DNA of 64,000 bases. Source: Lama guanicoe. Taxonomy: Eukaryota. How positions within the stretch are numbered: position 1 is the first letter of the stretch; each line of letters opens with the position of its first letter. The notes below the pieces were generated by a model that was not told the origin of the DNA, did not search any database, and saw only the letters and a program-made list of their open reading frames with translations. A program made the translations under genes and the position numbers. The stretch lies in assembly GCA_013239625.1 (NCBI GenBank), contig MU053881.1:434001-498000 (forward strand). The letters are read 5' to 3'. Below, one piece after another: positions 12,746 to 26,020 of the stretch.

Positions 12746-13629
12746 AAAATATGATGATTAATGGGTGGACACCGAGGAGATGAGAATAATGAATACAGGC
12801 AACTTACGACAACAGCAGAGTAAAGGGGGTCTTCTGAGAGATCTTTTTCCTTCTTTATTTTTAAGATGGAGGAAACGACCAGGTTAAAATGAGAGGGAAA
12901 GAAAAACAGGGAATGATCATGAAAACAGGTCCCTGAGAAATCAGGACAGTCTAGATCATTTTTGCAGGTGATAATGATAATAAATTCTGCCATTAAAAAA
13001 TGTAACAAATATCTGGGGTGGGGAGAGGGATTAAAAAATGGATACAAAGTTAAGAGGGAAATTGAAATTTACAAATAGGTTAACAGAAAATTAAGAGGAA
13101 GAGAACATTTTCAACAAGATGAAACAACTGATGACGGTAAAGTAATAAAAAGAAATCAGATGTTTAGATTTAAGTGAAAATGTAGAAATAGTAAGAGAAT
13201 CAAGTTTATCCATGGAACTAGATGAAGGGATGAAAGCTGGACACTTAAGTCCAGTGGCTGAACATATAAAATTAAGAAGTTGGGAACAAAAATAAAGAAT
13301 TGTGTTTTTTTCCTTTGAATCATAAAATTAAAATGTAACAAACAGAAAATAAAGACAAGGTGGAAGCAAGAAATCTAAAGATGAAAGAGATTACAATTTA
13401 ATGTGAAAATAGGAAAGCAAGTATCAGAATGTACTTGACAATGGAAACATCTAAATTTAGGGTAACTAGTTAGGCCCATTTTTATTTTTACTTCTTTTGT
13501 AGGAAACAGCTGACAGAACATTACGTGTCAGAACATTACCACAGGAAACAGAGAGGTCCCTGGCACAAGCCTTTTCTGTATATCAATTCTTGCTTAATCT
13601 CCCACTGTCACCCTCTTACTCCCTTCAGC

Positions 13630-13950
13630 AGGTAAATTAAGCACTTACTGTATGTCAGAGATGTTGGAGGACATGCTAGGTCTCACGCCCTAGCAGAGAC
13701 TCAGAGCAAACAACCAGTTACACATATAGTATGATAAATGCTAAAATAGATGTAATCTCAAGGTGCCATGGAAACACGAGTAAAGTACCCAACTCAGCCT
13801 TAGGAGACTGGGAAGGCGTTCCAGAAAAGATAGTTTAGCATAACTCTGAGGCTTAGGAGGTAGTCAGCAAAGGAGTGGTAGGACTGGCATTTCAAGTGGA
13901 GGAAGTGAGATACACAGCCTCTGGGAGCAAGAGTCACACTAGGGCAACTA
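13630..13950 (-). mobile_element. L2 fragment
   Basis: taaattaagcacttactgtatgtcag...gggaaggcgttccag...ggcatttcaagtggagg pattern. Confidence 0.45.
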
Positions 13951-14132
13951 CACTGTGTGCCTAGAGAAGCCACTGACCTTCCGTCAGTGCCCCAGCCCCA
14001 CGTGGCTCAGGGCATGGAAGGAAACATTACCCACACCACAACATATGGGGATCACTGCTTACTAGATGGGATGTTGGCATTTTTAAGAAATGGGGTCTTA
14101 TTAAGTGAAATGGATCAGAGTAGAGAGCTTCA

Positions 14133-14687
14133 CACTGTTTACAATAGCCAAGTCATGGAAACAGCCTAATGTCCATCAACTGACTGGATAAAGAAGTTAT
14201 GGTGTATTTATACAATGGAATACTACTCAGCCATTAAAAATGTTAAAATAATGCCATTTGCTGCAGCATGGATGGGCCTGGAGATCATCATTCTAAGTGA
14301 AGTAAGCCAGGAGAAAGAAAGAATACCATATGATATCACTTGTATGTGGAATCTTAACCAAAAAAAGGACACAAATAAACCTGTTTACAGAATAGAGACT
14401 CAACAGACATAGAAAACAAACTTATGGTTACCAGGGTAGGGTGGGAAGGGATAAATTGGGAGTTCGAGATTTGCAGATACTTACTATATATATGAAATAG
14501 GTAAATGACAAGTTTCTACTGTATAGCACAGGGAACTGTATTGAGTATCTTGTAGTCACCTATAATGGAAAAGAATATGAAAAGAAATATATGTATGACT
14601 GAAGCATTATGCCATACACCAGAAATTAACATTGTAAACTGACTACTTCAATTAAAAAAATTTTTTTAATAAAAAATAACAAAATGA
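14133..14687 (+). mobile_element. Young lineage-specific L1 3' end, 5'-truncated
   Basis: ORF2 end MEYYSAIKNVKIMPFAAAWMGLEIIILSEVSQ, 3' UTR and A-rich tail; TSD agagcttca (14124-14132 / 14688-14696). Confidence 0.9.
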
Positions 14688-15074
14688 AGAGCTTCAGGCT
14701 GCTCTGGGGTGAGGAGGGGAGGTTTTATTTACTCACTTACTTACAGAACCCTTTAAACATTTGCCTTTCCTTTGTGCCAGAGTATTCTTCCTCTTTTCCC
14801 GTTACAGGTGGGATCTTCTTTTAAGAGCTTGCTTATTTTGAATTTGTATAGTGTTTTAGTTTCAATCATGTATCATTTTATTTGATTTTCACAAGAATTT
14901 GAGAGAAGTGCTTTATCTTTGTTCTGTTTTCTTATACTAGTCACTTCTGCACCCCCTCCTTTCTGCCTGAGCAGTTTTCAAGGGCTTTAACTGCCAACTT
15001 CCTTAAATCTTTACCATTATGTTGCTCTTTTCCTTTCCTAAATTTCTCTTAAACTGTAGTATCCTCTTTTTAAT

Positions 15075-15221
15075 TTTTAATTTATCTTTTTAAGTTTTTT
15101 TTGGGGGGGAGTGGTAATTAGGCTTATTTATTTACTTTTAGAGGAGGTACTGGGGATTGAACCCAGGACCTTGTGCATACTAAGCATGTGCTTTTACCAC
15201 TTGAGCTATATACCCTTCTCC
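15075..15221 (-). mobile_element. tRNA-Ala-derived SINE (camelid Vic-1-like)
   Basis: Reverse complement reads tatagctcaagtggtaaaagcacatgcttagtatgcacaaggtcctgggttcaatccccagtacctcc (A and B boxes), then cctaattacc tail and poly(A). Confidence 0.85.
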
Positions 15222-18200
15222 TTCCTTTTGTAAATTCTAAGCACTCTTCATATTGGCACTTTAAACTACCTTGTTGCTATTTAATTTCTGTGCTAGGCGT
15301 GTCCCATTGATACATGTAGAGGTTCTTGAAGATTCAAGACCAACGTTTTTGGTTCCATTGTATTTCTCTGGTATTCAGTATGTTGCTGGGCATGTAAGTT
15401 AATATTCATTCAGATGAGGATTCCATAATTGTTCCTGTACAGAATTGTTTGGTTCTTGTCAAGGAGTAAATAAAAGTCTCGTTACTATTTCTGGACTCAT
15501 CAAGAAAGGCCATATAGAAAGAAATTGAAGTTAAGTTTTTCTGTAATATACAATGTTTTCAGAATTACTGAGGTGTGATTGACAAATAAAATTGTAAAAT
15601 ACTTTAATATTTTATATCACCTATAATTTCACATTTTCATTGTGATTTTTAATGAAAAAAATTTTAGTGGTTCATAATTACACAGATCTTTTATGCCATA
15701 CTACTGTCTTCACTGAATAAATTGCTTCAAGTATAAGCAACTGGTATTAAATTTTGAAATAGTACCACTAAATCACAGTTATCAGTCCTCTTGGGAAGTT
15801 GTTTTAGAGCTGTTAACATTATTTTCATTGTTCAAGTTTTTCTTAATTATGGGAAAGAATAGATAGATAGAACAGCATAATATGGTATTGGTTATGAAAA
15901 CCCCTTACTTTCTTTTTCTGAAAAATGAAAACTACCTCCTTGAGCAGGAACTTGAATTTCTTTTATTGTGTATAATGTTCTTACTGATACACATGTTTTC
16001 AGAGACCTGTGAATGATGATTTGGGTCAGTTGAGGGGAACAGGAACATTCTTTTGCTCATGCCAGTCTGTTGTTGGAATTTGCTTTGATGATGCAGTTGC
16101 TCTCAGAATCTGTTCTTAGTGGGTGGGGATTCCTTTAGGAGAATTTTAAAGTTAGCTTTCAGTGTGTTTGATAGATTTTGCTTTGTGGTTGCACCCCATG
16201 GTGTGTCTTTTCAGTCTCAGACATTATGACTGTTAGTGAACTGTTGTTCTTCTAAGTGGACAGTGATACTGTCACAGCAACAGAGAGAGAATGAAACTTG
16301 GGAGTGGTAGCTGTTAGGAGCCAGGGATGTGGGGCGGGTGTGTGCTGCTGGGCTGGGGTAGATTTCACACACATGAGTGCAGAAGTCCCCATGGCACCAA
16401 ACTGGATCACTCGGACAAGGTAGGACGACACTGAGAAAACTAAGGACAGGAGAGTTCATTTTTCATGCTCTCCAAGGGTAGAGGAATATTATAGACTTTT
16501 TAACGTTTATAGCCCTGGTTAGGTAAGAACTGTATTTCAGTCTTTATAAATTAGTGAAAAAATTGAAGATCAGAAAAATGACGGTTGCTCGGATGGTCTA
16601 GAGTTTAAATTCCAGGTCTTGCTGATTCCGTTAACTGTGTTGTTTTCTCTTTACTATACCATGAACGTTTAAGGAATCATGGGGGGACAGGATAAGTCAC
16701 AGGAAAATGAGTGAGTGTTTCACAGAAGACAAGTGTACAGATCTCTATATATTCTTGAAAGTTTTCCCAAGGCAGTGAGGTTATCATATCACATTGCCTA
16801 AATGTTTATGTTTTCAAACAGCATAATTATCTGTGAAACAGAAACTATTGAAAGTAAACAGTCTGTTTCAGGATTTCAAAGTTTCGTTATGCCGTGTCTG
16901 TCAATAGTTGACTACTAGAATCATGACATAGGCTTTTTTTCTATTTAATTCGACTGAGAAGGGACTAAAGTTTCAGAGTGAAGAAACTGTTTAAGGAAAA
17001 GAATGAGTCAGAGTTGTCGACAATCATGACAAATTGTGAAATCGTTCATCCCCCACTTACGATGTATTAGCAGACCTCTGGTAGCAAGTACGCTTTCATT
17101 GCCATCCATCCATCACCACGATAGTAAGAGAATTGGGGGAAAGGTATTATTGAAGTGGGAAAGATAGATGTAACATTTCTCTGCAGTTAGGGGCACCTCT
17201 GTGTTTTATAGTTTAAGTAGTCTAAATGTTTCATTTCTTTTGCCAAGCAGTGTGCTTCCAGGGGTGTAAAAAGCAACCATTGCCCCACTGGTGTTATCTT
17301 TTCATATACTTTATTATTGATTAGTGTTTATTTAATATTTTTGTTAATTTGCATCTAGTAACACCCTTTTGTGGAGTGTTCCTCTTCCTCCCTCCGGCTA
17401 GCCCTGGAAGTGCTGGCAGTGACGGGCTCCAGGAGGCTCGGGCCCACCGTCCTCTGGCACCACGTGCCCACCGTCTTCAGAATAACATTTTGACTTTCGT
17501 CCCCCTTCTGAACCGCCCTTCCCTTTTCATTTTAACTTGTTACAATTGTGAGGATGGGGAGTGGAAAGAGCAGCCAGGGGCGGCTTCCTATGACTTGCTG
17601 AGTGCTGGAGCTACGGTTACCAAATTTGCAGAATCAAAAATCGAGGCGCTTGCCCTGACAAATTTAAGTGTACTTGAAACAAACTGTCCCTCCAAATATA
17701 GGATGGTGACCATGTAATTTGTTGTCCCAAGGGATAGTTTTGGTGTCTTTGTGTGTCTGGTAAGACAAGTGGATATAGTTAAATATGTATCCTAAAGTAG
17801 AATTGTAGAGCAATATGTGTCAGTAAATATGAATTAGAGGAGTAATCTGTTGATTCTAGGTTCATGTTATTCTGGCTAATTTAAGCTTCCAGACAGCGAT
17901 CTGGACTTCTCTAATTTCCTTAGACTCTTAGAAATTTGTTCAGTCATATCTGAATTTCAACAATACCACTTGACAACTGAACCAAAGATGAGTTTGCCTT
18001 CCTTGTTTACCCCAAGCAGAGTCAGTCTCCTTGTGGCAATGGTGGGAGGTGGGGATCAAGAGATGAGTAAGTGCAAATGAGTGAGCAGAAGTCAGGGGAC
18101 GTCAGTCACTTGGGTTTCTGGGCAGTTCTCCATGCTTGCCTTCTCTTCCTCGTCCCCACCAACCTACACTGGATTTTATCACTCTTTGATATTTTTGTAA

Positions 18201-18482
18201 ATCTATAAAGTCAGACAGTTTTTCACTCTTTCAGTTTGCATTGCAGGTAACATTTTAATGGAGCATCTCTCTCCTTGTGCAGATATGGATTCAGAGTCAC
18301 TGCACTGTCCTCTGTGGATGTATTTTATCGCTCTGCTGGTAGCGAGCAGCAGGAAGTGCTTGAGAGCTGTGTAGTATGCAGAGAGCAGTTGAGCGCTTTA
18401 ATGAAGGCTTGATTGATTTTTTTATCTTTACTTGAGAAAAAACTAATGTCTGTGTTTTTTACCCCCCTTTTCATCTGTTTAG

Positions 18483-18677
18483 TTGCTGATCATCTGGGCT
18501 GTGATCCTCAAACACGGTTCTTTGTCCCTCCCAACATCAAACAGTGGATTGCCTTGCTGCAGAGGGGAAACTGCACGTTTAAAGAGAAAATATCGCGGGC
18601 CGCTTTCCACAATGCGGTGGCTGTAGTCATCTACAATAATAAATCCAAAGAGGAGCCAGTCACCATGACTCATCCAG
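18483..18677 (+). CDS. RNF130: RNF130 internal coding exon (probably exon 2; PA domain), 195 nt, phase 1-1
   Basis: Encodes (V)[64 protein letters not shown](G); acceptor ttttcatctgtttag, donor CCAG|gtaaac. Confidence 0.97.
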
Positions 18678-19229
18678 GTAAACCGGAAAAGGAGATGCTA
18701 CATTTTGTTTTTCCTCCTAGAAATCATTGCTTTATAGGTAGGCATTCTACCTCTGCTGAAACCGTATCATTTCCAACATTATTCTATGATTATATTTGTT
18801 TTTGGTATTACTGTTTGTTGAGTCTCATATATTTTTCCCTTTCGTTGTGCTTTTTTATTTTTTTTTTTGAGTAATGACCATAAGAGCCTGAAAAACTTGA
18901 ACTAATTAACTGGCTGTGATTGAATCCTTACTCATTTTACATTTCTGTATTTCACTTGATAACTTTGAAAAATAATATAGATTTAGAGTCACTCATCCAA
19001 GGTGTGTCGTGGGTTCTTAGGGACTGCCTGCTTGAGAGCGGTGCTTTTCATCTTGTCAGGGTAGATGTTGAAACTGACTTAGTAATTATTATTATAAGAG
19101 TAGTAATATTTCTTCATTGCTTGTGGAAGCATTTAGGATATTTCCAATGTAACTTTTAATAACAATAGTTAGAGTTTGTTGAGCACTTATTGTATATACG
19201 GCAGGCCCTGGGCTGTGAGCATTTTTGGT

Positions 19230-19750
19230 TTTTAATAGACTTTTCTTAAGACCAATTTTAGGTTCCCAGCAGAAGCTGGGCTTTTTTCAGGCTGGCTTTT
19301 TCACTTAGTAGTATACATTTAGGTTTCCTCCCTGTCTTTTCCATGACTGATGGCTCATTTCTTTTGAGTGCTGATTGTCTGAATGTACCAGTTTATTTAT
19401 CCCATCGTCTACTGAAGGACACCTTGCTTGCTTCCAGGTTTTGGCAGTTATGAATAAAGCTGCTATAAACATCCACGTGCAGGTTTTGTGTGGACATACG
19501 TTTTTGACTCTTTTGGGTAAATACCAAGGAGCATGTTTGCCGAGTTGTATGGTAAGAGGATGTTTAATTTTGTAAGAAACTGTCAAACTGTCTTCCAGAG
19601 TGGCTGTACCATTCTGCACTCCCACCAGCAGTGAGCGAGAGTTCCTGTTGCTCCACATCCTCACCAGCATTTGGTGGTGTCAGCTTTTGTATTGTGGCCA
19701 TTGTAATAGGTTGTTTTAACTTGTGTTTCCCTGGTGACATGTGATGTGCA
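19230..19750 (-). mobile_element. L1 ORF2 end / 3' UTR (L1MC1-like)
   Basis: Minus-strand ORF 19305-19670 contains TCTWMFIAALFITAKTWKQARCPS; DNA is reverse-complementary to the 1255-1330 copy. Confidence 0.8.
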
Positions 19751-22399
19751 GGGGCCCCTTTTTTATGTATTTTCTTAGACAGTCCTCACCATAACTATGT
19801 ATGGGGTGGATGCTCTCCCACCTTAGCAGACTGGGAGACTGCGGCAGGTAGGGGCCAGGAGGAGAGAGGCTTAGATACAGGGTTTTTGATACTCTTTCAG
19901 TTCATCAGTCTGTTTCTTAAGTTGAAACCTGGATAAAGTTTAATTCTGCATTCATAAAAATTTTAAGATTAATGAAATTTATCTTTAATGAATTAACTTT
20001 GTAATCATATAGTTAATATTTCAATAATCAATTTTAGACAGTTATCTTGCAAAGATCTGCTCACCCTAATGGAGGGTTATTGATACCCTTGTATTTTGAT
20101 GGAATAATATAGACGGATTTATATTTTATTGATCTGTGACTTTTTTTTTCTTCCCTTCAAATTAAGCCTTTTAGAACTCAAATATGCTTCCCAAATTGCA
20201 GAAGTAACACATGCTCATTGTAGACAGACCGAAACTAAAGAAAAGCACAAAGAATAAAATAGAAAGATTTTCAGTATCCAGAGATTACTTTTTATTTCTT
20301 CAGGGAAACCAGAAGGAAATCAAGGGGCAGTATGATTTTGCAGAACCTCGATGTGGGAACACTGGATTCCAGACAGTGGTTTTGCTGCTTAGGTCTCAGA
20401 GCGGGTGCCAGTCTGCTCTCCTCAGTTGTGTTAGAGGGGAGAAAAAACTTTTTGAAATTTTGGACCTAATCATTCCTTACTGATTTCTTCCTACTGAAAA
20501 CATGAGGGAAAATGAACTCAAGGCCCCTGCAGTCTTCACAGTGCCTTTTTGTACCTCTTTGACAGTACTGTCCCTTTTGCTTTTATGTTGTCATTATTTG
20601 CATGCTTAACTGGCAGCAGAGAGAAGACTGCACACTTCTGGAAGTTAAAATTTGTGCCTCATCTTTCTATTCTCTGCGGTAGTCATAGAGCAGAATACCT
20701 TGAACAAAATAAGTATGTGCTGCATGGAAATGATTTTGTGCAGACACTTTAGCTTTGTTAAGCTTTCTTTGCATTTAAGGATATATTTTATAACTAATTT
20801 TTAAATTCCACATTGTTAGTTGTAGGTATTTTATTTTCTGCTTTGTCAACAATGCTTCAAGAGCCTGCTCCTGTTTGTTCTAATGAATGCCCTTCATCTG
20901 GTGACTGAAGGACATGTTTTCCCGGCGCAATGTCCGTGACATCATTGACAGGAAAGACCGCTCAATTTGTGGTTTTATTTGTTACCTCTAGTTAGCAGAA
21001 TACATTCTTTGTAATGTAGTCAGCGGATATGTGGTAGTATAAAGGGGAAGTTATGGGCTCTTGCATAGTTTAAAATAATGCACATTTGTCTGAAAGTTAA
21101 GGATTTATTTTTCTGGTTTTTAAAAATTGATAAAGACTTTACTGTTTAACAGTCATAAATTGTGTCAGATCATTGTCAAGTTGGAGATCTCTTCTGTAGT
21201 TTTATTTGTATGTCTGTGGACATCCTTTTCATTCTTAATAGGACAATGAGGTAATTTAGATAAACATGGAACCAAATAATAATGTTGCTTTTCTATCTTT
21301 ATGTCAGTTAGCAGTGTCAGATGTTTCTTACTATTCCTTTAGCTGGTTGAATAGAATTAGTTCAATAACTTCACCGTTTTTCCACTGTATTCTCTTTTTT
21401 AAAAAAACATATAGCTCTGTATTTATTATTTAGCAATCAAAAGAAAAATATCACACTTCTGTAAAATACAGAATATTCACTTTGTGAATATTAAAAGGTC
21501 CCACTATGAAAACAAAGATGCGTCACATTGCAAAATATCTTTAAATATCCATACTTTGGGCCACTTATTGCAAACCTGTTATTTCATTCTAAAAGCCCAT
21601 CAAGAAAATGAATAATATAATAGTCATACTATTGTTATAACTGTTTAAAGTTTTTAGGTTCTCATTAAATATGGATTTAATTACCTCGGCAAAGGTTGAG
21701 CCTGCAGTTTAAATGTACTGCCATGGCAGGAAATAGAGTTTTAATTGTATGTATCTTTTTGCCTGAGTTTGTAAATCTCTCTTCTGTATCTTCCATATGA
21801 CCCATACACTTTTTCAGAAATTCATGATTATCAAGAAAAGGCTAAAACTGAAACAAGTAAGCAGTAGCTTTTTTTAAATAATAGCTTTTAAAAAAAAATG
21901 ACTGCTGATGATTCTGATTTAAAACTTCTCCGTGTGCTTAAATGTTTCCTTTCCTTCTCTGAACCCTAAGTGGAAGTGGGGAGCCCTCCCTGTGCCGGAC
22001 ACTTGGGGCAGGCTGCCTCCCGGCCTTGCTGTCCCGCCCAGCCGTTGCAGGCTCAGTGCCCTGAGCAGGTTGCTTGGACTCAGCAATCGATTTACCTTTC
22101 TGTCTTGCTTGTGCTTATCCCTTCTCTCCAGTGGCTGAAGAGGAGGACGCTAAAGTCATGTAAAGGGTCTGCATGGGTTTAGAATACTGGCTTAGAACTC
22201 AGTTCCATCGGTTACAGGACGGAAGACATTCTTTACTTGATAGCTGTTCTTACTTTGATGACCTGGACTCACAGTTGCAGGCTCAGAGCTCGTCCCAGGA
22301 GCACAGCTGCTGAGGGAGATGATACAGCCTGGCTGTGTGTGTGAGAGGCCCGAGGAGGCTCCATGAGGCCTCCCGAGGTTCTTGAGTTGAGGGTTTTCA

Positions 22400-22605
22400 A
22401 GGGGGAGGGTGTGAGGGATATTGGGGCAGGATCATTCTTTGCTCTACAGGACTGTCCTCTGTGTTACGGAATACTTAGCCCCCAGGCCCATGCCTGCTAA
22501 ATGCCAGGGGCTCCCTCCATGTTTGCAGCACTGTGAAATCCTTCCCCAGAGTTTGTAGGCAGACTGCCTAGGAGGGCTCTTCTGCCCCTATTAAGACCCA
22601 CTGTC
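22400..22605. mobile_element. hAT-Charlie MITE (MER3/MER20-like)
   Basis: ttggggcaggatcattctttg...ggactgtcctctgtgttacggaatacttagc...ctaaatgccag...ttaagacccactg. Confidence 0.5.
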
Positions 22606-23029
22606 AGACTCGAAGTCCATGGATCCTTTATAAGAGGCATGAGAAGAGACCCTTTGTTGGAGAAGATAATGGGAACAGCAAAACCGATGAAGGAAAAGGT
22701 GATAGGCTTTTGTATTTACCCACAGATTAGCATTTCTGGTGTTCTTTATTTCTTTCTATAGTTCCAAGTTCCATCTGGTGTCATTTCCCTTTCAATTCAG
22801 ATTTTTTTTTTAATCATTTCTTGCAGTGCAGATCTGCTGGTGATGAATTCTCTCATCATTCACTTATCTGAAAGTGTCTTTTTTTGCCATCATTTTTCAA
22901 GGACATTGATATGGAATTCTGGGTTTCAGCACTTTAAAAGTGTTGTTTCTTTGTTATCTAGACTTTTTTTTCTGATGAGTTATTTCCGTTTATGGAATGA
23001 GTTGTTCCCTTTTGTAGCATGAGGCTTTT

Positions 23030-24320
23030 TTTAATAAACTTTTTTTAGACCAGATTTACATTTACAGAAAAATTGCAAAGATAGTACAAAAAATTCCCAT
23101 AGACCCTACACTTAGTCTCCCCTGTTGTTAACATCCTGTATTAGCATGGTCGGTTTGTTAGAATTAATGAACCCACATTGGTGCAGTATTATTAACTAAA
23201 GTCCGTACTCTATTCAGATTTCCTTAGTCTTTATCTGACATCTTTCTTCAGTGCTAGGATCCCATCCAGGATAGTCCAGGACAGTGAGTCATTCCATCTC
23301 CTTAGGCTCCTCTTGACTATGACAGTTTTGAGGACTTCTGTTCAGGTATTTTGTAGAGTGTCCTTCAGTGGGATTTGTTTGATGTGGTGTTCCCGATCAC
23401 ACTGAGGATGTGGGTTTTGGAGAGGAAGACCAGAGAGGTAAAGTGTCATTCTCATCGCATCACATCAGCGATGTGTGCCATCACCTCGAATGACCACTGT
23501 TGACGTTAACCTTGGCCACCCGGCGGCTTGTCAGGCTCCTGTACTGTGAAGTTCCTCCTCTCTCTTCCACACAGCTTTCTGCAGGAGGAGGTCTCTGTGC
23601 ACAGCCCGCACTTCAGGAGTGAGGAGTCAGGCTTCCCCTTCTCAGGGTGGAGTATTACACGTTGACTTGGAATTATTCTGCGTGGATGATTTGTCTCTTC
23701 TCTGTTAATGTGTCCAGTCATTTATATGTATCAATACGAACGCATGGATATTTTATACTTTGTCTTGAAATATGATACAACTTTGCTTGGGTTTTTTGCT
23801 CAAATTATTCCAGCTTTGGCCTTTGGGAACTCTTTCAATTGACTTCTGTGTCCTTTGACATATTACCATGGGTGTTGGGCTTTTGGTTTCTTGTTTGTTT
23901 TGCTTTTTGAGCACTTCCTTCCTTTCTGTTGCTCTGAGGTGCTCCAGGCTCGTCTCTTACGTATTTCCTATCCTAGCTCTAGGATCAGCCATTTCTCCAA
24001 GGAGCCCGTTGGAGAATGATACGAGAAACCAAGCTCTGGGTGTTAGGTGATCTTGTTACTATTGAGGTTTTGTTGCTCTGGGCCTTCTTAGTTGGCAGAG
24101 CAAGGAAATACATGTGTGTATACAGATAGCTGTATATACACATGCCTGTAAATATTTCTGTGTCTGTATTAAGCATGAGTTCACACTAGGTCTGTGACTC
24201 TAATCCGTCACCACGTGGATTATTCTAGTTTTCTCCCTTTGCTTATCTGTTAACTCCCATTCCAAAAGTGAGAAACCTGGCTGCCACCACCTACCATCCG
24301 TTTTCTTAATTGTTCCTAGT
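23030..24320 (-). mobile_element. Old L1 3' end (L1MC/MD-like)
   Basis: tttttagaccagatttacatttacagaaaaattgcaaagatagtaca...tcagccatttctccaaggagccc...aagcatgagttcacactag. Confidence 0.75.
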
Positions 24321-24443
24321 TCACTGAGCTCTCAGACTTAGAAGTTTTTGAACGTAAATAACATATTGTAAGGCCTTTGGAGTGCTGGTGCTTGGTGTGA
24401 AAGCTCACGTAAGTTACTTTCATCTCAGCTTGCATCTTCCCTG

Positions 24444-24824
24444 GCTAAGAAAAGAGAAGGAAGAATACTGTATGATATCACTCATATGTGGAATCTAAAA
24501 AAATGGGGGGGCACTGTGAACTCATCTACAAAATGGAAAGACACTCACAGACATAGTAAACAGTCTTATGTTTACTGGGGAAAGGGAGTGGAAAGGGATA
24601 AATATGGGAGTTTCCGATTTACAAATGTTGGCCACTATGTATAAAAACAGATTTTTTAAGAAGTTTCCTCTCTATAGCACAGAGACCTATGTTCAGTATC
24701 TTGTAATAACCTTTAATGAAAAAATATGAAAACGAATATATGTATGTATATGCATGACAGGGACATTGTGCTGTACACCAGAAACTGACACCTTGTAACT
24801 GATGGTGCTTTAATTACAAAAAAA
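24444..24824 (+). mobile_element. Young lineage-specific L1 3' end
   Basis: Highly similar to 12400-12745 (tcactcatatgtggaatctaaaaaaa...gtgaactcatctacaaa); TSD atcttccctg (24434-24443 / 24825-24834). Confidence 0.9.
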
Positions 24825-25319
24825 ATCTTCCCTGCTAGAATGCCTAACTCTGTACTTAACTTTTCTTTTTCCACCATTAAAATTTTTTTATCAAAAACCT
24901 ATAGGAAAACATAAATACAAGTATCTTAACTTGAAAATAACACAAAACTAGGTAGATCTTGGAACTTACAACAACAGAAGGAAGGTATTCATTAAGTCAT
25001 CCTGCACATGCGTTCAAAAAAATTAGTAACAAGGGTTTATGGAGACCTAGTTTAAGTAACAGTTCAAGTTGAGGACTCCTGGGGACCTTCAATCATGTAA
25101 GCCCAGCGTGCGCTAATGTGTGCCATGGCTGCTAAAAGCTGCTGAGGGCTTAGCCTGTATCCCTGTGAACATAATGTTCAGATGAAGGGAGATGTTAGTC
25201 TCATGCGGCTCCTGATATTGGAAGCATTGTATTCGCTCTATTGAAAGAATTGAACAAGACATTGAAAAATAATATCCAAAAAAAGAACAAGATGGAAAAA
25301 GTCTATAAGCAATGTTTTA

Positions 25320-26020
25320 TCAAACACAATTTGGAATTTGAGCATCAAAATAAATAATGATAGTAAGTATTTCAGCCCATTAAATAAATGAGGAGCCATG
25401 AGTTCATACTGATGGAATATTTATCTAGTCTCAGCGTACCTCCCCACAGAATACTTAATAATTACTAAGAGGGAAAAGAATAGCTTATCAGTGGAGATGC
25501 CTGGGGGCCATCACTTTTACCAGATGGTCAAAGTGAGCTTCACCAACAATAGGATGTGTCAGAACTGTACCACCTGGCGGTAGCCACCAAGAAGAGCACA
25601 GCGTCACTTCTGTGATGTTGCTGCCCGAGGTGCACAACCTGAACCTAGCCATGAGGAAACGCCAGATGAACCCAGAGGGAGGGGCATTCTGCAAGTAACT
25701 GGGCTGTAGACTTCACAAGTGTCAAGGCTGCGAGCATCAAGCCAAGTCTGAGAGACTGTTCCAGACTGATGGAGACTAGTGAGACGTGACTGTTAAATGC
25801 AACGCACGGTTCTGATCTGGACTGCTCTAAAGGACATTATTGGGAAATTGGGGAAACGTGAATGGCCTCTCAGATTAAACAGTAATCATGTGTCAGTGTT
25901 AATTTCCTGATTTCGGTGGCTGTGCTGTTTGTAAGTCTTTGTTTGTTTGTAGAATACACACGTAACCTTTGGGGTGATGTGGCATCATGCCAGTAACTTA
26001 CTCTTGAGTGGTCTGGAGGA
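25320..26020 (+). mobile_element. Old L1 3' end (L1MC4-like)
   Basis: tttgagcatcaaaataaataatgatagtaa...cacaacctgaacctagccatgaggaaac...aaggacattattggga...tcagtgttaatttcctgattt. Confidence 0.7.

Noticed and set aside
17004..17010. Isolated AP-1 sites (TGAGTCA here and elsewhere, for example near 59955)
   Set aside because: Several 7-mer matches are expected by chance in 64 kb; no supporting context.
18413..18874. 153-aa single-exon ORF, and likewise 33690-34013 and 58258-58458, as stand-alone genes
   Set aside because: These are RNF130 exons read through into intron sequence; similarity stops at the splice sites.
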